Below the pieces are notes generated by a model. It was not told the origin of the DNA. It was given only the letters and a program-made list of their open reading frames with translations, and searched no databases. Below, piece after piece: positions 1 to 13,664 of a DNA stretch of 64,000 bases (position 1 is the stretch's first letter; every line of letters begins with the position of its first letter). This DNA comes from Octopus vulgaris (lineage: Eukaryota). The position numbers were made by a program, and so were the translations under genes. The stretch spans positions 107,322,001-107,386,000 of the forward strand of contig OX597818.1 in the NCBI GenBank assembly GCA_951406725.2. Reading direction: 5' to 3'.

Positions 1-123
1 CAGCATGTAGAAACCAAAGAAAACACTACAGCCTGGCATGACTCCCGGCCTTGCCAATTCCTGTCAAACCGTCCATCCCATGCCAACATGGAAAATGGAC
101 ATTATATGCAGCTGATGATGATG
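1..123 (+). mobile_element. 3' end of RTE-LINE-derived element with (GAT)n tail, cut by the window edge
   Basis: ctgtcaaaccgtccatcccatgccaacatggaaaatggacatt...gatgatgatg matches the 3' terminus seen in many copies here (e.g. 30056-30125). Confidence 0.75.
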
Positions 124-862
124 TCAGGATATTTAAAATTGCAGACCACTCCACATTTTTCTCTATTATATCAATTACACATTTATCAGCTTACACATAA
201 GATTATATCCATACCATAAATCAAAGCTGGTCATACGAATGAGGCAGTTTCTATGGGGTTAATAGATCTGTTTAAACTCACTCTGATTTCACACTCACTA
301 ACTTTGAAAAAGAAGGACGATGGAGATATTGGTTAATGTAATCTTCACATGGATCAGCAGTTTTCTGTCAGATAAAGATATAGGTTGATAATAATCTTTT
401 GCTTCCTCTGATCAACATCTCATCAGCTCTGGTATGTCACAGGATACTGATCCCACCGCCACCGCCTCCGCCACCACCACCACCACCACAGTCTTTCTCT
501 TGACCAACAGCTTCCTATATGTCCTCACCTCCAACAGCACTCACTGCTCCATGTCAGTGATGCAACCCTTCCATTCTACATGCAAGTGTCATCCACATAC
601 AACCCAGGACCCCTTATACAAGTACTACATCCATGAATTCAGACCTCAGAAGCATTCTTCAGTGGTGGTGGTGGTGGGGAGGAAGGTCATACCATTTTTG
701 TCTCCAGCAGCACCAAGACACAATCATTACACATATAATATGGAAAACAAACCAACACTGGTTGTCAAGAGATGGTGGTGGTGGGAGGGAGACAAATACA
801 GGCACAAAGGCACACGCACACACATTCATAGATATATATGTATGTACGCATACATAATTATT

Positions 863-1059
863 TAGAGGGGACAAACAAGGACAGACAAAGGGTTTCAATC
901 GATTACATCAACTCCAGTGCATAAGTGGTACTTATTTAATAGACCCCAAAAGGATGAAAGGAAAAGTCGACCTGGGTAGAGTTTGAACTCAGAACATAAT
1001 GCTATACAAAATACCGCTAAGCATTTCGCCCGCTGTTAACAGTTCTGCCAGCTTGCCGC
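863..1059 (-). mobile_element. tRNA-derived SINE with Meta-like central domain
   Basis: Minus strand: gcggcaagctggcagaa head, B-box gagttcaaac, then ggtcgacttttcctttcatccttttggggtc...aagtacc; near-identical to 54867-55085 and 58998-59205. Confidence 0.85.
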
Positions 1060-1099
1060 GTATGTGTTTAATGTATGCATACATAATACACACACATAA

Positions 1100-1253
1100 T
1101 GGGCTTCTTTCAGTTTCCATCTGTCAAATCCATTCACAAGGCTTTGGTTAGCACAGGGTTATGGTAAAAATCTGTAGCCCAAGGTGCCATCCAGTGGGAC
1201 TGAACCCAGAACCATTGTGGCTGGGAAGCAAACCTCTTACCACACAGCCACCA
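1100..1253 (-). mobile_element. tRNA-derived CORE-like SINE (5' part)
   Basis: Minus strand: gtggctgtgtggtaag (A-box), gggttcagtccc (B-box), ggcaccttggg, caaagccttgtgaatggatttg...gaaactgaaagaagccc; multi-copy here. Confidence 0.85.
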
Positions 1254-2328
1254 CTCTGGTGGTTATGGCTGATATTATCTAAAGTGATGTGCTTCATTAT
1301 CAGAATACTCTCTTCTGGTGTATGGAAAGTTTCATTTGATGATGACATATTTATTCTGTTAAAATACATTATGCATTCATATATTATTGGACATCATACT
1401 GTTAAAATATAATTTCTCTTAAAATGCAGCAAAAAAAAATTATCTTTAAATACTTTTGTTCTTGAGTAATACACACTATTCATTATTCTTGTTTTAATCA
1501 TTATCATATACATCATCATCAATAATTCTAATCATCACCATCACCATCACCACAACCATCGCCACAACCACCACCACCACCACCACCACCACCATCATCA
1601 ACTCAGATAAATATCAAATTGTAATTTTTCATGGTATCATGTGTTTTAGAAGTAAATATATAAATTTTCATTGGTTTCAATATTTATCCAATATTAAACA
1701 TAATGTTTTCCTTTTTTCTTTTTGTAATATTTTATTTCGTAAATATATATTTTTAAAGAAGATACATAGATACGTTGTTATTACTGCTTGTAATGTATGA
1801 TGTTTAATGCATTTCTTGTTGAGATATCAGTTCTTTTGAAAATATGATATGGAGGATGCTTCAAGAAAGAATTCAATTCATACCCGGCACCAGATATTAA
1901 GTACAAACTCTCAGCAAAAATTAATCAGTAGATATGTGTTATTTGTCAATCACCATTCCAATTGTAAAAAGAATTCTTTTACCCTAGAACCAGTAACCCA
2001 ACACTGATCCTTCCTCCTGCAGAAAAAAAAATTGGCTTATAGAAATTTCTATAAAATGAAATGTATTCCTGATAGCGTCTTCGAGGCCATCCATTGTATG
2101 TTTCCCATTGCATGAGGCAAGTATCTAACTCTTGTTTTCATGTTGCACCAAATACTCAAAGCAAGATTAAACAATCAACTTGCCTGCAACATCAACAGAA
2201 GCAACAACAATCACAACAAAATAACCATTGATGCTTCGAAAAAAATTAGATAATGTAACCATGGATTTCATATGTGTTTTTTTAATATTCATTCAAATTC
2301 CTTTAAGATATTTTTGTAATAAGACAAC

Positions 2329-2329
<1 letters not shown>

Positions 2330-2394
<65 letters not shown>

Positions 2395-2608
2395 TAATAA
2401 AAATAATAATAATAATAATAACAACAATAACAATAATAATAATAAACAATAAAAATAATAAAAAGAAACATTTCAACAACAACAACAATAATAATAATCA
2501 TTTCTTTTATTAGCCACAAGCGCTAATAGTAATACAAATAATATTGATGTTTTTTTGTAGTTACTACTACAACTACTAATGTTACTACTACTGCTACTGC
2601 TGCTACTG

Positions 2609-2656
<48 letters not shown>

Positions 2657-2686
2657 TTACTACTGCTACTACTACTACAACAACTA
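2330..2686. repeat. (AAT)n and (CTA/CTG)n microsatellites
   Basis: Direct triplet runs; source of the poly-N/I/Y/S ORFs. Confidence 0.95.
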
Positions 2687-2884
2687 CTTTTTCCTTTTAA
2701 GTTCAAGTGAGTTCTTATAAATTGATTTTTCTTTTATTTCCTTCCTTATATTTGGAAGGGTTTTAGGTGACAATGAAAATGGTTACAGTTTTTTCTTCCT
2801 TATTTTGTAGCTCTTCAAGGCTTTCACTTTTCTTACTGCAACATTTTTTTGTTGTGTTCTCTTCTTTTATTATCTTTGAAATAC

Positions 2885-2923
<39 letters not shown>

Positions 2924-3207
2924 CCATGTAATACTGAATTGAAGAATGTGATATTACTACATTTTTGAGATAGTTTCCACTAAATATCAACAATAAATTG
3001 GTCATCCAAAGCTTACTTGCCATTCTAAATATGGCACTTCCACAATGAAAGCAGCAAAGTCAGTCAGTCTTCAGAATTGAGAATAATTTTTTTCTTCAAC
3101 ACATTTTCTGCTTTAATTTAATTGTGTGTGACATCTGGAATTCCCAAGAATAAACTGCAACATTTCTTAACTGTTCTTAAGAAGTTAATCGAAGTGTGTA
3201 ATTGTTT

Positions 3208-3475
<268 letters not shown>

Positions 3476-3480
3476 AAACC

Positions 3481-6170
3481 ATCATCATCATCATCATCAT
3501 CTTTTTACATCAGTCCTCCATGCTGGTATGGGTTAGATGATTTGACAAGATTTGGTCAGCAGGCTTTGGTTTGGTTTCTACAGCTGCACACCCTTCCTAA
3601 TGCCAACCACTTTACACAATGTATAGCTTTTATGTGACACCAGAATGGGTGCTTTTGCGTGGCACTGACACAGGCCTGTCTGTGTGACACCAGCATGGGT
3701 GCTTTTACATAGCACCAGCATCAGTACCTTTGTGCAGCACCAGACTGGCATCTCTCAGCTGAGAGAGGGATGTAGAAGGTGTACCTCTGTGTAAGGACAA
3801 CCATGATTTCACTTACTTTGACATGATTTCTCAAAAACAGCAAACCACCAAAAGTCGCAGCCCCTTGTCATCTCCTCTGTGAAGCTCAACGTCTGAAGAT
3901 CCTTTCTCACCACTTCATCCTATGTCTTCCTGGGTCTATCCCTTCCACATGTTCCTTCTGCAGTCTGAGATCAGCACCTCTTGATGTATCCGTCTTCATT
4001 TATATGCATCACATAACCATTGCCAGTGCAGTCTTCTCTCTTGCATATTACATCTGATGCCTCTCAAATCACTTGTACTGTCATATATGCACACTGATGT
4101 TACCCATCAAGCGGAGCATACTGGCTTCATTTCTTTCAAGCCTTTGCATATCCTCGGTAGTCACAGCCCATGTCTCATTGCCATGCAGCAGAGCTGTTCC
4201 TACATGGGCATCATACAATCTGCTTTTCACCCTGAGGGAGAAGACCTTTGTTACTAACAAAAGTAGTAGCTTTCTGAACTTCACCCAACCTATTCTTATT
4301 CTAGCAGCTATGCCTTCGAAACAAATGCCACCACAACTAACTGGGTCACTTCAATAACAGAAACTGTCTACTGCTTCTTAGGTTCACCCCCAGACATTTG
4401 AGTGAGTCGATTTTCTGTACATGCCTGGTGTTGAACGTACCTGCACATCTGCCACATATAAAGACTACTTTCTCTGTTAACCTTCCTGTGATGCAGCTAC
4501 TCCTACATGTCCATACCTTTCACTGGGTACACCATAAGGAGTTTTGAGCAACACCTTTTTTACATATCAAACAAGACCATCTCCCTGAAGGGATCAAAGT
4601 CCTACTTACTAGGGCTTTGGTCTTTGCTAAATTAGCTCTAAAACCCTTTGATTTCAGGCTATGTTTCCCTTACCTGAAATTTCTTCACTAGTTTTGGTAG
4701 TGATTCAGCTATAAGAACAAAATCATCAGTATAGAGGGGCTTCCAAGGGCTGCCAGTTTTCAATTTCTCTGTTATAGCCCGAAGGACTATGATAAACTGG
4801 AGGGCATTGAGAACTGATCCTTGGTGAACTTCTACCTGTACCCTGAATGCATTGCTACGTATACTTGTTGCCAACCTTCACCATACTAGTGGCATCCCTG
4901 TACATGGCTTGTACACCTCTCACCAACCACTCATCTGTCCCTAGCTTCCATGTTGTGCACTAGATAAGGGTGACATTGTTACAGGCTTTCTCCATGTCAA
5001 CAAAATCCAAGTACAAAGGTTTATTTTGGTACTTTTCCAAGAACAAAGTTTTATTGTCTTGGTACTTTCCTGCCTCACAAGTAAGATAGCACCAGTAAGG
5101 CTTTTTTCTGCATCTCATCTAGGCTAGTGCTCTTCCTAATTAACTGAGTTATGAGCCTTTCTGTACGTTTCATCATCTGGTTCACCTATTTGATGCCTCT
5201 GTAATTATTCCTTTCTAAGGTATCACCTTTGTTTTTGTAGCAGTTGACTATAGTGCTGCTACACCAATCATTGGGTATGACTCCCTCATGTAAGTAGGCC
5301 ATATCCCAATCCACCAGATATTTTAAGCATCTCAGCTAAGAGTTGCTGAAGTATGGAACAAACAGCCAGCATCAGTTGTTAGTTGTCAGAGCACTGCATC
5401 CTTCAAAACTTGCATGCTTCCTGACATTCGCCAACACTACACCTGATCTTCTCCCTTCCATACACATGCAAGTATGTATCTAACTCATACATTGTTCACT
5501 TCCCAGACACTTGTACATTACTGCATATGCTTTATATGCACTTTTGACAAGTTGTGGTGCACCTGAGCACTGTATACAATAATTTCATTATTACTATTAT
5601 TATTAAAATTCCTGATGGGCCAGGGCTTTCCCTGTCTTTATAATCGCCTTATCTAATAAGCTACTGTCAATTCAGATGGCCAGTCCCTCACTTGAGTCCC
5701 CATTAAACAGACTTTCTTTCTCTTATGCATTTTCTACATTTAGCAACCTTTCATAGTGGCACTTCCAAGCCTCCTTCTTTGCAGAATTGTTAACTGCAAA
5801 TGAGCCATCATGAAGGCAAACACATTTCTCTCGTACAGCATCAAAATTCTCTCTACACACTATCTTGCAATCCAAAACGCCTCTGGTCCTGATGCCACAG
5901 AACATTGGCAAATTTCTTTTACTCTACTTCTCCCTTGGCTGAGTATACCTGTCTACCAGCTTTCCTTCTTGCTACCTGATATAGTTCTCTACAGCTGCCA
6001 TTTTTACATTCTTTCTAAGCCTGTTTCTTTGTTCTAACGACCCTGTTTAATTCCCTGTTCCAGCACCATCTCACCCTAGGTTTGATTAGAACTTCACACC
6101 AACCATGGATTTGGTCTGTTGCACTTGGTAAGCTGTCCCATAGGAACTACCAGTTGTCCTCTATGTTACA
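3481..6170 (-). mobile_element. Decayed, 5'-truncated RTE-clade LINE (RT, C-terminus, 3'UTR, (GAT)n tail)
   Basis: Broken frames give RT motifs VHQGSVLNALQFIIVL and LYTDDFVLIAES (YADD-like), KSRLYDAHVGTALLHGNETW, and KKEAWKCHYERLLNVEN; many stops and frameshifts; (CAT)n at 3481. Confidence 0.92.
5345..5605 (+). mobile_element. 3' fragment of a different non-LTR element inserted into the RTE RT region
   Basis: Interrupts the RTE frame between catctcagc and aattcctgatgggcc; ends gcacctgagcactgtatacaataatttcattattactattat (ATT-type tail) on the opposite strand. Confidence 0.55.
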
Positions 6171-6173
6171 TAC

Positions 6174-6525
6174 ATCATCATCATCATTGTTTAACGTCCG
6201 CTTTCCATGCTAGCATGTGTTGGACGATTTTGACTGAGGGCTGGTGAACCATATGGCTGCACCAGGTTCCAATCTTGATCTGGCAGAGTTTCTACATCTG
6301 GATGCCCTTCCTAATGCCAACCACTCCGAGAGTGTAGTGGGTGCTTTATACATGCCACTGGCATGGGGGCCAGTCAGACGGTACTGGCAATGACCTCGCT
6401 CGAATCTTTTTACACATGCCACCAGCATGGAGGCCAGTAAGGCGACGATGGTAAAGATCACGCTCGAGTGATGCCCTTTTACGTGCCACTGGCACGGAAG
6501 CCAGTTGGCTGCTCTGGCAACAATC
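6174..6525 (-). mobile_element. RTE 3'UTR-derived element with (GAT)n tail
   Basis: catcatcattgtttaacgtccgctttccatgctagcatg...ggatgcccttcctaatgccaaccactccgagagtgtagtgggtgc, the reverse complement of 29650-30125. Confidence 0.85.
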
Positions 6526-7054
6526 ATGCATACACGAATATGTATAGAAACATTCATATTTACATACACCACAGTTATTTGAAAATGGATAGATGTCATA
6601 TATCTACACATATATATATTCACTGTTTAGATTTAGTTGATCAGTTAGAAAAACGGTTGAACTTTCCAGCAGCACCTTTTCTTGGCTAACTGTACATACT
6701 TTGCTCTGTAAAATCAAACATGCTTCATTCTTTACTGCACAAAAAAAAAAAAAAACGTAACACATTTTATCTTTAATACAACAAACACATCATTTTATTG
6801 TGGTGTTAATTTTTGCGAAGAACTTACCATTTCTTTTGTTATGCAGGCAATTTGTTTCTTGATATATTGAGAAATGGTTTGATCTCATCTTTCTTTGTCA
6901 TATTCTGGCAAAGAAGGAAATATTGAATGTGTATTCAAGAAGTTAATCATTGTTGTTCTCTGAAAAACATTTCTGTGTAAATTTTATCTTGTTTGCACAC
7001 ATTTACCAATTGAGACAAACAAAAGTGTGTCATGTACACAAAAAAACACGTGCA

Positions 7055-7056
<2 letters not shown>

Positions 7057-7149
<93 letters not shown>

Positions 7150-7305
7150 TGGGCTTTTTTTAGATTCCACCTACCAAATCGACTGACAAGGCTTTAGTTA
7201 GCCTGAGGCTATAGCAGAGGACACTTGCCCAAGCTACCAGGCAGTGGGACTGAACCCAGAAACCGTACGGTTAGGAAACAAACATCTTATTACATAACCA
7301 CACCT
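7057..7305 (-). mobile_element. CORE-like tRNA SINE (7148-7305) with attached (CA)n run
   Basis: Same head as 1100-1253 (gggactgaacccag, gacacttgcccaag); (CA)n at 7057-7147. Confidence 0.8.
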
Positions 7306-7558
7306 GCATTGACATGAGCCAGGTAAGTAGGAAAAGTTAAAAAAGCATAAAACAAAATAAATATATATAAAATTAAAGTGACCCCTAAAACTGAGACATG
7401 ATGAGTAACTATCTCGTTCATAAATACATTATGTTGTGCATGAGTCAGGGTTGTCATGGTTAGAATATCTTTGATCATAAGCTAGCTTGATCATGGCTGA
7501 TCAGACTTAAACAACAACAATACCAAGTTTTAAATATTCTAATAAGGTTTATTTAGAT

Positions 7559-7794
7559 TAGTGGTTCTCAACTGTGGACCCTTTTGTTTCCTATTTTACT
7601 GGGTGGCCCCTCATAGCCATTTGATGCTTAATAAATCTTATATTTTTGTAATTAAATATTAGGAATTATATTTAAAAAATGTTAATATATTTTGAGGGTT
7701 GCAGAAGTATAACAAATTTACTCCACGTAAATTTTAACAACAAAATCTTACAGAGACCCCCAAAGGTCATATGAATCCTGGTGAAGAACCAGTG
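7559..7794. mobile_element. hAT (Charlie-like) MITE
   Basis: Imperfect TIRs tagtggttctcaac ... gtgaagaaccagtg; degenerate 8-bp flanks atttagat/agctaaat; no ORF. Confidence 0.6.
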
Positions 7795-8307
7795 AGCTAA
7801 ATGATATTAAGGTAACTTCTAAATTAGCTACACTTAATTAGCTCTTCTCATTAATGAAACTATTAAGCAACCATCACCTATTATACAACCGACTTCTGAG
7901 ACTTTCTACATTCAAGCATGGCTACCCATAACAATTTCAAAGGCTACATTCATTTCATATCATCCTTAATATTTCTCTTTATGTCCTTTTCTTCACATTG
8001 GTGAATGAGAAAAGGTTTGAATGGATTGGGCATTTGGTCGGAACTATATATTACCAACACCAAATACTCTAATGTGATCCAATTAAACCTTTAATATTGT
8101 CTTCTTACGTCAGGGAGAACTTGGTTACTCTGCTTTCAATCTTCAGCACTACCTTCTAAATAGGAATATAACTGATACGTTGTTAGGAAGTGAGAAATTT
8201 GACATAAAATTAGTTCAAAGGTTCTCAGTGAGGTACATATTAAGAGGCCTGGCATGAATGAGGAGCAATAATTCCAAAATCATATCTACATGCATTTCTA
8301 GGTACAT

Positions 8308-8348
<41 letters not shown>

Positions 8349-9072
8349 TACACACAAACACATACATACATGCATACATACAAACACGTACATACATACA
8401 TACATACACACACACATGATGGCTGCTCCCTCGTTCTCGAGTATAGCCATCACCTGAAGCGTTTCAGAACTGGTCTCATAGCACAAATGTACCTTTCAGT
8501 GAAGGCAAGTGAACCACACACTTTGCCACAGAAGTTATACACACGATTTTCCCCAACAACAGGAGAAACTGAGTTATTCTGAAAAAAAAAAACGTGTGTT
8601 TTATAGTTTGCCACATCATCGCTGATTGTTGGGTTAATATGCATCGTCTAAAAGTGTGGACTTTTTAATGTTTGATTATTGTGATACAGACTCATTATGC
8701 TGTCTGGGAAGAAAGGAATTTGAAGCTCTCAGGTTTTATATCCAACTTTAGATTAAGATTTTTGTCCACATATCCATAATAGCGTGCTTTTTACACCAGC
8801 ATTCCAGAGAAATGAGATGTGATGTGGAAAAGTTCTTCCCAGTGCTTCAAGCCTCTGATATGAATTAGTATTTGTTGAAGGAATGATATTTTATGATTTT
8901 CTCCAGCTAGAGGATAATGCCTTGACTGCTTTAAGATGATAGACATGTGCAACAATTTAAGACTCTTAATAGAAGTGATTTGCTGAAAGTTAACATTACA
9001 GATGGGTTCCTTATAGGGCATGTCCTCAGCATACAGCAATTGCATTTTCAGCATGAAAAAGGGGTTAGATAA

Positions 9073-9153
<81 letters not shown>

Positions 9154-9176
9154 GTCTATCTATCTATCCGTCTATA

Positions 9177-9225
<49 letters not shown>

Positions 9226-9242
9226 GTCTATCCATATATCTG

Positions 9243-9323
<81 letters not shown>

Positions 9324-9345
9324 TTCTCTCTCTATATATATATTA
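9073..9345. repeat. (TATC)n microsatellite
   Basis: Direct; explains the YLSI ORF. Confidence 0.95.
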
Positions 9346-9452
9346 GAAGGCTTGGAGGTGATGTACAGTTGTACAGGTATTATATATTAGAAAAAATAAG
9401 GTACTCAGAAATCAGTAAATGTACAACTATCCAAATTTCTGAATACCTTATT

Positions 9453-9490
<38 letters not shown>

Positions 9491-9496
9491 TACACA

Positions 9497-10760
9497 CACG
9501 AGGGGTTATCATTAAAGATTTCTGCTGACCGACATCCGGTTATTGCAGGAAATGGAACTTATACAGGTATAATCATACATGTCTCTACATGTCACATTGT
9601 AAATTGCAGCTCTCAGTTAGTATTCGTTTGTCTTTTACGGCTGCCGAAGTGGACTGAGGTGTTATAAAGGAGGCAGTTGAATGCAGATCAGTGATCAGAT
9701 CCTTATACTTGAAAGCCGCCAAAAGAGACTTTTGATGAGATAAAGGAAGTTTATGGCGACGATGCAGCATCATACGACGTAGTGAAGCACTGGCATCGCC
9801 AGTAAGAATGTGGTCGGACATCAGTGGAAACAGCTTCTGTTCCTGGATGACCACATTCTGCCACTGATGAAGACACCATCCATAAAGAGGAAGCCACCAT
9901 TTTGGAGGATTGCCACATAACTACTCGGAAACTAGCCCAAGAAAGGCAGATAGGGTCCTTTGGAAAAAAGTCATTCATGACCATTTGCACATGTGGAAGT
10001 TGTCTGCATGATGGGAATCCACACCTTTTCAGCTCACGTCTTTACAGAGGCAGGAATGAGTCAATTGCTCCCAGGCTCTTTTGGCGATGTGCCAAGAAAA
10101 TGAGGACTTTTTCAGCAGACTTATCATACAGGATGAAACATGGGTCCTTCACTATGATCCTGAAACTAAAGTCTAGGAGAAGCAATGGAAGTATGATAAC
10201 TCACCACTTTCAAAGAAGGCTCATGTCTAACCCTCAGCAGGCAACGTGATGCTCACAGGCCTTTGAGACTAGCACGTAGTAGTGATGATGGATTTTCTAG
10301 CAAAGGGTACCACAATTAACAGGGCGTATTATGTTTCCCTCCTACAGAAATTGCGGGACACCATCAAAGCAGAGAGGAGTGGCATGTCGACCAAAGTAGT
10401 CCGCCTCCTCCAGCTCACAATGCACATATTTCCCAGATGAAAGCACAATCCTGCGGCTATGAAAACCTTCCTCATCCTCCTTACTCTCCTGACTTCACAC
10501 CATCTGACCTCCATGAAGTATTTTTTGAAAAGAAAGTAATTTTTTGGATGATGATGAACATATTTCCAAGGTAGTTTTGACTCCAGACGCAACCTATTAG
10601 CTTCTCTCAGATGAGATCTCCACAGCTGCTAAAGCAATGGGAGAAGCATGTCCCCATTGGTGGTGGCCATGTAGAGAAGAACTAATGATTATGCCAAGTT
10701 TCGTTTATCCCAGTCCAAAGGAAGTGGGTCGGGGGTAATCTTTAATGAACAACCCTCATA
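9497..10760 (+). mobile_element. Near full-length, inactivated Tc1/mariner (mariner-type) transposon
   Basis: TIRs cacgaggggttatcattaaagatt / aatctttaatgaacaaccctcata; broken transposase with QDETWVLHYDPETK, MDFLAKGTTINRAYY and HPPYSPDFTPSD motifs; several stops. Confidence 0.92.
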
Positions 10761-11289
10761 GTTAACTCTCTTCCAAAATATTTTGAGAAAGTTGTCTCTA
10801 GATATGTTTCATTTGAAAGTATCTGCAATGGAGAGCACAAGGCTGTATGACGTTGAAGGTCATGTTGCTATAATTATATCCTGTTTTGCCAAGTCCTGTC
10901 TTGTTTCTGTAGGGTTGTTTATTGGTTATTCCTTGGTCAATTCAATAAACTGCAATGTGTCTTTCTGTTTATACCTTGTTTTGCGCTAAATTGTCTCTCT
11001 GTCTACGCTATTAATTATGTTCTTGTCTCACAAAAGATGATTTTTATATAATCCAGACATCAACTGATATTCATCAGTTTTAAAAAAAAAAAAATACTTT
11101 GATGTCTACCACGTGACACCACTTCATTTCATCTTGAATAACGATATGTGTGTGTGTGTGTTTGTGTGTGCATATGCATTTGCGTGTGAGTGTATTTATG
11201 CTGTATTTTATGTGGTGCATTTTATGTGGTCAAATGTATGTGTGTATATATGTGTGTTAGTGTGTATGTGTGTGTGTATAAAGTAACGA

Positions 11290-11545
11290 GAAACGTTCTC
11301 TGTAGCTCAGACATCTGTCTCTAGAAGTCACTTGATTCGACCCTCAGGCATAAGTCTACTGATCAGTCATTCGTTGCTTTCTAGGAGGACTCACCTCTTC
11401 TATCTCTGTTGTGGGTGACAATGTTGAAATTATTGACTGCTTCATTTATTCCAGCAGTGAGATTCCTAGCAACTTTAGCTGCGAGTCTGAAGTCCTAAAA
11501 AGACTTGGACGAGCTGGTAGAATTGTAGACTCATTGTACAAGTTT
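11290..11545 (+). mobile_element. RTE-type LINE RT/thumb fragment
   Basis: GDNVEIIDCFIYSSS...SCESEVLKRLGRA resembles RTE-family GENIEVVxxFxYLGS...EVxRRIGxA. Confidence 0.6.
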
Positions 11546-12086
11546 ATCTTAATCTTTTTGATGCAACTCTACCCTATACTGTTCTCTTTCCCTATCGTTT
11601 TCTTTCCCATCCTTTCTCTAATTCCTTTTTTCTCCCCTTCACTGTTTTCTATCTGTCTCTCTCTCCCTCTCTTTCTCCTTTACTCTCTCTCATTGTTCAC
11701 ACATAACCATCGTCCATCTTTCTTTTCCTCACATGATCATCTTTCTTTTCTTTCAGGGCTGTCCTAGAATCTGAATGTATCCTATCTATCTTTCACTTCT
11801 ATCTTTTCTCTTGTCAAAGAAAATATTTCTCCAGTGTTTGCTATTTTACCCTCACTCTGGTCTAATGACCCTCCATGTTTTTTTCATTCAGTTTCCTTGT
11901 ATGTCTCCACTGTCCTGTTTTTGTTCACAACTTTGAGCCTCCATAAACCTGCACCTGCATATATATATATATATATATATATATACATTAGTAATGATAA
12001 TATGGCAACAAAAGATTGACTGAGACCTCGATATTATGTAAAATAGAGGAATTTATCTCTAAATATAATATGTGACAATTAGTTGG

Positions 12087-12161
12087 TTGTCATAATAAAA
12101 CCCAGAGTTTCAGATGCCGGGACTCAAGTCAACTCTGGCATCTCATCAGTTATTATGACAA
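12087..12161 (-). ncRNA. Minimal type-I hammerhead ribozyme motif (minus arm)
   Basis: TTGTCATAATAA-CTGATGA-GATGCC..GGCATC-T-GAAA-CTC-T-GGG-T-T-TTATTATGACAA: 12-bp stem I, conserved core, 6-bp stem II, 1-nt-loop stem III, GUU site. One extra nt before GAAA. Confidence 0.75.
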
Positions 12162-12165
12162 AGGT

Positions 12166-12240
12166 TTGTCTTAATAACTGATGAGATGCCAGAGCAGACT
12201 TCCGCTCCAACATCCGAAACTCTGAGTTTTATTATGACAA
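12166..12240 (+). ncRNA. Minimal type-I hammerhead ribozyme motif (plus arm)
   Basis: TTGTCTTAATAA-CTGATGA-GATG..CATC-C-GAAA-CTC-T-GAG-T-T-TTATTATGACAA: stem I 11/12 bp, core CUGAUGA/GAAA, GUU site. Confidence 0.75.
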
Positions 12241-12277
12241 CCAACTAATTGTCACATATCATATTTATATATATGTG

Positions 12278-12322
<45 letters not shown>

Positions 12323-12703
12323 GATATAAATGATGGAAAAGTATTATGATGAACTTTATTTAACAATGAACATCAACACATCATGACAAATTTGCTTCAG
12401 AAGTCTCAAAACATGTAAACAGCTCATATTATTGTTTTTAATAATAAATAAGCTACCTGTAAGCCTGCAGTAATGCAAAATGCCAAAAAGTTCATTGGAG
12501 ATAATGCAAAACTTTAGACTAATTCATCAGGTGAAAAAGGTTTATTCTTAAATACACCTTCTCGACTTTAAGATATACAAATTCTTTTTTCATATATATT
12601 GTTGTATTTATAGTCTATATGGTTTGTGTAGGGACAAACTAAGGAGCTTTTCAATGAGTACTATCGGGTTACTAGAATCAATATATCATGATATATATGT
12701 ATC

Positions 12704-12736
<33 letters not shown>

Positions 12737-12912
12737 CATCATCATCATCATCATCATTTAACGTCCACTTTCCATGCTAGCATGGGTTGTACAGTTTGAC
12801 TGAGGAATGGCGAACCAGATGGTTGCGCCAGGCTCCAATCTTGATCTGGCAGTTTCTGCAGCTGGATACCCTTCCTAACGCCAACCACTCCGAGAGTGTA
12901 GTGGGTGCTTTT
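12737..12912 (-). mobile_element. RTE 3'-end fragment with (GAT)n tail
   Basis: catcatcatttaacgtccactttccatgctagcatggg...ccaaccactccgagagtgtagtgggtgc. Confidence 0.85.
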
Positions 12913-12925
12913 ACACACACACACA

Positions 12926-12995
<70 letters not shown>

Positions 12996-13345
12996 GGCAA
13001 AATGTAGATTAGTTCAAATATGTTTGTGGGTGATGTACTTGCACAAATCAATCAATGCTGTTGACTGAAATATACATAAACCTATTGCTTTACAAGTTTG
13101 TTCAGAGTTGCCTCACTTAAGCACATCCCATTGACAAGGGTCAATAAACTTGAAACATCAATGTCTGGGATTCCTGATAGATGTCTACACAGTTTTCACA
13201 CCTTTTACCATAAGAGATATTTTTTCCAAGGTTACTGCAGTGTATTTTTATTTTTTAGCAGTTGAAATATGTTTGTGACATATTTTAAATAACCCAGATT
13301 TTGTTTCTGCCTAAACACTGCTTAGCACTAACATTTATATATATA

Positions 13346-13392
<47 letters not shown>

Positions 13393-13632
13393 GTGTATGT
13401 ATGTATGTATGTGTGTGTGTGTGTGAAATCGATAAGGAATGACAATTTCACACAAAAAACAACAAAATGAAATTCACGGTGAATATTATTAGTTTTGGCA
13501 TTTAAAGAAAGACATAGGGGGAAGTCAAGTAGAAATATGGTATTTTGGGTCTTTTATTGCCGAGAAGAGAAAAGGAAGGAAAGAAAAGAAGATAGAAACA
13601 GTGAGTTGGGAAAAAGGATACATGTGTATGTG

Positions 13633-13661
<29 letters not shown>

Positions 13662-13664
<3 letters not shown>

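Larger units (their letters stand above)
11990..12270. mobile_element. Penelope-like pseudo-LTR with inverted duplication, inserted in (TA)n
   Basis: About 100-bp arms (12061-12162 / 12165-12266) around a 2-nt loop; unpaired extension on the left; TA runs on both sides; HHR motif in each arm. Confidence 0.75.

Noticed and set aside
434-865. 143-aa ORF
   Set aside because: Built from (ACC)n/(GGT)n low-complexity and TA-rich sequence; no homology signal or splice context.
12316-12695. MITE suggested by tatatca.gatata ends
   Set aside because: The apparent TIR is short and mostly TA; it cannot be separated from the flanking microsatellite.
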